From an uncultured Clostridia bacterium (GTDB taxonomy: Bacteria > Bacillota > Clostridia > TANB77 > CAG-508): 64,000 bases of DNA. Position numbers and translations under genes: made by a program. Of the stretch, positions 60,644 through 64,000 are shown one piece after another. The stretch covers positions 7,470 through 71,469 of the forward strand of contig CAQPBJ010000008.1 in the NCBI GenBank assembly GCA_948852945.1, read 5' to 3'. Under the pieces are notes generated by a model, which saw nothing but the letters and a program-made list of their open reading frames with translations, had not been told where the DNA came from and did not search any database. Position 1 is the first letter of the stretch, and every line of letters starts with the position of its first letter.

Positions 60644-62140
60644 TTAGAAAGTTACTTGTGTTGTAATATTCGCTGCTGGTAAATTTTCTATTTCATTTCC
60701 AACATTTTCTTCTGGAATTTCAGTACCTGTATTTTCTGTAACTGTATTAGTATCTGTAGTATTATCTACTGTATTTTGATTTACATTCTCTGTTTCATCA
60801 GTTGCAGGTTGTTCATCATCTTCTTCTGGTTCTTCTCTTTCTACAACTTCTTCTCCTGTTTCTATATCATATTTTTTAATTCCTACATTCTCTTCAAGCA
60901 TTTGTTCATCTAAAACATATATCTTGCTCTTGGTAAATGAAATATTATCTTTATTTCTTTCTGCTGATAAAATTTTATTATATATATCTTCTAAAAATTT
61001 TCCTTCTTCAGATATAGCAAAACATTCATTTTCTTCAAAAACTAATATATCTTTTTCATCTTCTACAGCTTTACTAACTTTTATATAATTACTATAATAA
61101 ACATTTTTTTCGCTCTTTACAACAGATAATCTTTTTACTAAATCTTTTTTATATTTATCAACAACTTTTTTTTCTGTTGTAGATAGTTCTTCATCAGAAT
61201 ATATGATAACATCTAAAATACAAGTACTGTTAATTTTTTCATATAAATCATATAATACATCTTTTGGTCTAACCATAAAAATCGGAATATCTTTTGCTAA
61301 ATTATCAAATTTCTTTTCATACAAACTTGAACTAGATATAAATATACTATATATAGATATATATTGATAATTATCAACCATATTAATTTCAACTGTTTTT
61401 CCTTCTCTATATAACTCTATTGTATATGGATTAAAAGAAAACTCTGTTATTTTTCCTGCATCATAATCTATTAAAAAAGATAATACTTCTCCTTCTATAT
61501 TAGTATAAAAATCATTTGACATACCTTCATCTGTATAATATTTCATAGCAAAGCTTCTGTATGCAGATTCAGTTATAATATTCTTTTTAGGAGCATTAAA
61601 AATAAATAAATCATTTATTTTTAATCTTTCCCCATTATCTAATCTATAATTAAGTCCATATGATTTCGTAAAGCTTTCTGAAAACTTAACAACGATTTTT
61701 ATGGATAATACATCTGAAAAATTTGCTTCAATTGATGTATTAACATTGGCTGTACTATCAGAATTATTTTTAAAATTATTACTATCTAAAATTTTCTTAA
61801 TTCTTTCTTTTATATCTGTATTTATATTATTTTGTATTTCTGAATTACTTAAACCTGAAATTTGTACTAATTTTACGTTAACATCATTCTCTTTATATTC
61901 TTCATAGTCATATGTAATAGAATTCATAGAATAAGTATCTTCAAGACTTGCTCCTTTTGTTGCTACATTTTTATTTACATCTGAATTTGAAAATTCAGGA
62001 ACTTTTTGTCCACTTTCAATTATAATTCTTGATTCATCACTAATATTTTTGTTTGAGTTCTTATATATTATTGCTAATACTGTAACTCCAATAAGAAAAA
62101 CTGTAAAGACTGCTAAAAATATTTTTGTATTTCTACTCAT
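60644..62140 (-). CDS. hypothetical membrane-anchored protein with an acidic C-terminal tail
   Basis: N-terminal TM helix. A region QISGLSNSEIQNNINTDI resembles DUF4163/RsiV-like domains, which is a weak call. Confidence 0.5.
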   Translation of the reverse strand: MSRNTKIFLAVFTVFLIGVTVLAIIYKNSNKNISDESRIIIESGQKVPEFSNSDVNKNVATKGASLEDTYSMNSITYDYEEYKENDVNVKLVQISGLSNSEIQNNINTDIKERIKKILDSNNFKNNSDSTANVNTSIEANFSDVLSIKIVVKFSESFTKSYGLNYRLDNGERLKINDLFIFNAPKKNIITESAYRSFAMKYYTDEGMSNDFYTNIEGEVLSFLIDYDAGKITEFSFNPYTIELYREGKTVEINMVDNYQYISIYSIFISSSSLYEKKFDNLAKDIPIFMVRPKDVLYDLYEKINSTCILDVIIYSDEELSTTEKKVVDKYKKDLVKRLSVVKSEKNVYYSNYIKVSKAVEDEKDILVFEENECFAISEEGKFLEDIYNKILSAERNKDNISFTKSKIYVLDEQMLEENVGIKKYDIETGEEVVEREEPEEDDEQPATDETENVNQNTVDNTTDTNTVTENTGTEIPEENVGNEIENLPAANITTQVTF

Positions 62141-63104
62141 TTATATATCCAGCCTCCTTTATCGCATTTTTTCCTCGTTCTGATAGAAGACTATCCATGA
62201 AAATCTGCAAATGCTCAGATTCACTATTCTTATTTTTTATTAAATAAAATTTTGTAATTAATGGATATGTCCCATTTTCTATATTTTCTAAACTGGCTTC
62301 TATATCATTTATCTTTAAGAGTTTAACTGATTCTTCTACATTGTTATTACAATCATATAGTAAACTGGCTTCTGTATAATATGAATATCCTATCCCATTT
62401 TCTTGATTATTATAATTTGCTATTAAATCAGTAATTTCACCATAAACACTATCATGAAATACATCTTTTGGTGCAGAAATCATTTGAAGTCCTTTCATAA
62501 CAGTTCGATTCATTTCCATTTGATTTATTGAACTATTTGGTCTTTGAAAAGCAATAATTTCAGCATTTTCTCCACCTATTTGACTCCAATTTTTTATTTC
62601 ACCAATATATATTTTTTGAATATCAGACACTTTAATAGAATCAATTGGATTTGATTTATTCACATAAAAAACAAATGCTTCTTTTGCTATAGGAATAATC
62701 TCTAGTTCAAGATTTCTAGCATCTGCTAAAGATAAAATTTCATCAGATGGATATGGCGCAATTACAGCATCAATTTCATCATTTAATAGCTTTTGCATCG
62801 CTATATTCGTATCTGTATAATTTAATATACTATTTTGTATATCATCACTACAAGTAAAATTTTTAATAATTGATGTCATAAGTGGCTGTGCCACAACTGA
62901 TGCATCTAGTCTTGGCAATTCGTTTTTAGCCAATACTATATCATCTGAATTAGAATTAGTTGTATTTTGAACCATATTAAGATTTGCAGATTTCAATGAT
63001 ATTAATTTTATTTGATTAGTTGCAATTAAATAAGTAACAATACATGCTATTGCTACTATAACCATTATTATAATTGGCATTATTACTGCAAATCTCCTTC
63101 TCAT
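62133..63104 (-). CDS. PstS-like periplasmic-binding (PBP) domain protein, membrane anchored
   Basis: VSDIQKIYIGEIKNWSQIGGENAEIIAFQRPNSS resembles the PstS-family motif. Overlaps the downstream gene by 8 nt. Confidence 0.55.
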   Translation of the reverse strand: MRRRFAVIMPIIIMVIVAIACIVTYLIATNQIKLISLKSANLNMVQNTTNSNSDDIVLAKNELPRLDASVVAQPLMTSIIKNFTCSDDIQNSILNYTDTNIAMQKLLNDEIDAVIAPYPSDEILSLADARNLELEIIPIAKEAFVFYVNKSNPIDSIKVSDIQKIYIGEIKNWSQIGGENAEIIAFQRPNSSINQMEMNRTVMKGLQMISAPKDVFHDSVYGEITDLIANYNNQENGIGYSYYTEASLLYDCNNNVEESVKLLKINDIEASLENIENGTYPLITKFYLIKNKNSESEHLQIFMDSLLSERGKNAIKEAGYINE

Positions 63105-63188
63105 AAATAATGTAATCCTTTCTCTTTTTTTCCTATATTATTATATATTTTCTGCTTTTCTTTGTAAAGAAATTTCATAAATAAAAAT

Positions 63189-63454
63189 AATTGTCAGTGG
63201 AGACGTCCTTTTTTGACAATTTATAAAAATAATTCTATATATAAATAAAATAAGATATAATTTTTAAAATTGCGCTAGCGACCAAACGAAAGCAAACTTT
63301 GTTTGCTGAAGTGCGAATTTGAGCAATCTACAATATAAAAACGGAGTTTTTTATTCGGAGATTGCGAAGAGCAAAATTTTGAAAATTATATCTTATTTTA
63401 TTTATTCTATTTTTGTTTGGTAATTGTCAAAAAAGGACGTCTCCACTGACAATT
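63189..63454 (-). repeat. nested-palindrome intergenic element, copy C (core about 63267-63376, inverted relative to A and B)
   Basis: 33-bp outer arms 63189-63221 / 63422-63454 are perfectly complementary. The core is the reverse complement of the cores in copies A and B. Confidence 0.85.
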
Positions 63455-64000
63455 ATTTTACCAATTTATAATATACTTTTTTGCCTTTTCTAATTATTGC
63501 ATATCCATTTGAAAAATCTTCTTCTTTTAAGGTATATCCAATATCAGAAATTTTCTCATCATTTAATGTAATAGCTCCTTGCATAATTAATGTTTTAGCT
63601 TGTCCTTTTGATGGAGCCATTCCTATATCTACAATTACCTGTACAATAGGTATATTTACTTCTGTAGTTTTAGCTTCCATTGCATCAACATTTCCATTAC
63701 CTGCAAACATAGCATTTGTAGCTTCTTCTGCTTTTTTAGCTTCATCTTCTCCATGCACTAATTTAGTAATTTCAAATGCAGCTACCTTTTTAGCTTCATT
63801 AATACGTTCATCTTTATATTTAGTCATTTCTTCAATTTCTTCTGGATCAATAAATGTTAATAATTTCATAACATTTTCTATATCTTCATCAGCCACATTT
63901 CTCCAGTATTGGTAAAATTCATATGGTGATGTTTTTTCTGAATTTAACCATAATGCACCTTTTTCTGTTTTACCCATTTTCTTACCTTCTTTTGTTGTAA
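63453..64000 (-). CDS. tyrS: tyrosine--tRNA ligase, C-terminal part (continues past the window edge)
   Basis: GKTEKGALWLNSEKTSPYEFYQYWRNV and a C-terminal S4-like domain. Confidence 0.85.
   Translation of the reverse strand, partial: TTKEGKKMGKTEKGALWLNSEKTSPYEFYQYWRNVADEDIENVMKLLTFIDPEEIEEMTKYKDERINEAKKVAAFEITKLVHGEDEAKKAEEATNAMFAGNGNVDAMEAKTTEVNIPIVQVIVDIGMAPSKGQAKTLIMQGAITLNDEKISDIGYTLKEEDFSNGYAIIRKGKKVYYKLVK

Noticed and set aside
63306-63423. A small ORF running antisense through the conserved core of the three-copy element. It is open in all three copies for 31-37 codons and reads LSNLQYKNGVFYSEIAK... with a hydrophobic tail.
   Set aside because: It has no ATG or GTG start (only a TTG) and no convincing Shine-Dalgarno sequence. 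The C-termini diverge and end at different points. The compensatory stem changes fit an RNA or DNA structure better, although ribosome profiling could revisit this.

Overview
This is an AT-rich chromosomal segment that looks like a low-GC Firmicutes or Clostridia genome, and nearly all genes are on the minus strand. The housekeeping genes are dapA-dapB, ligA, pgsA, a UPF0182 protein, ftsY, dtd, gpsA-plsY-der, rpmF, plsC-cmk and a partial tyrS. The RNA genes are RNase P RNA (rnpB), tRNA-Leu(TAG) and tRNA-Thr(CGT). A Wzy-dependent surface-polysaccharide locus spans about 5.7 to 28 kb. It carries galE, cpsBCD-like regulators, an initiating sugar transferase, three glycosyltransferases, a polymerase, a flippase, a pyruvyl transferase, a GT14-like enzyme, a UDP-sugar pyrophosphorylase, an LtaS-like enzyme and two VanZ paralogs. 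Five unrelated genes split this locus. Other content includes a cadC-HMA-cadA metal-efflux operon with a recognisable promoter and operator, a cluster of a SipW-type signal peptidase with TasA/camelysin-like proteins, a frameshifted cytoplasmic alpha-amylase, and a large CAP-domain surface protein with Cys-rich repeats. I found no CRISPR array, IS element, integrase or prophage genes. The most unusual signal is non-coding. A nested-palindrome element occurs three times (about 5.45-5.71 kb, 35.47-35.79 kb and 63.19-63.45 kb). It has a nearly identical core of about 110 nt, a small internal hairpin that covaries between copies, and outer inverted repeats that differ between copies. Each copy starts at most 6 nt past (or 2 nt into) a stop codon and is sense to that gene. 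A second hairpin repeat of 106 nt brackets ligA and overlaps two stop codons. Protein-level oddities are a tandem (pseudo)duplicated phosphoglycosyl transferase, a cytoplasmic GH10-like/PHP fusion, a SipW peptidase fused to a polytopic membrane domain, a P-loop/Asp23 fusion, and a two-member family of small proteins with amphipathic C-terminal tails. All functional calls rest on motif recognition by eye; no database search was run.
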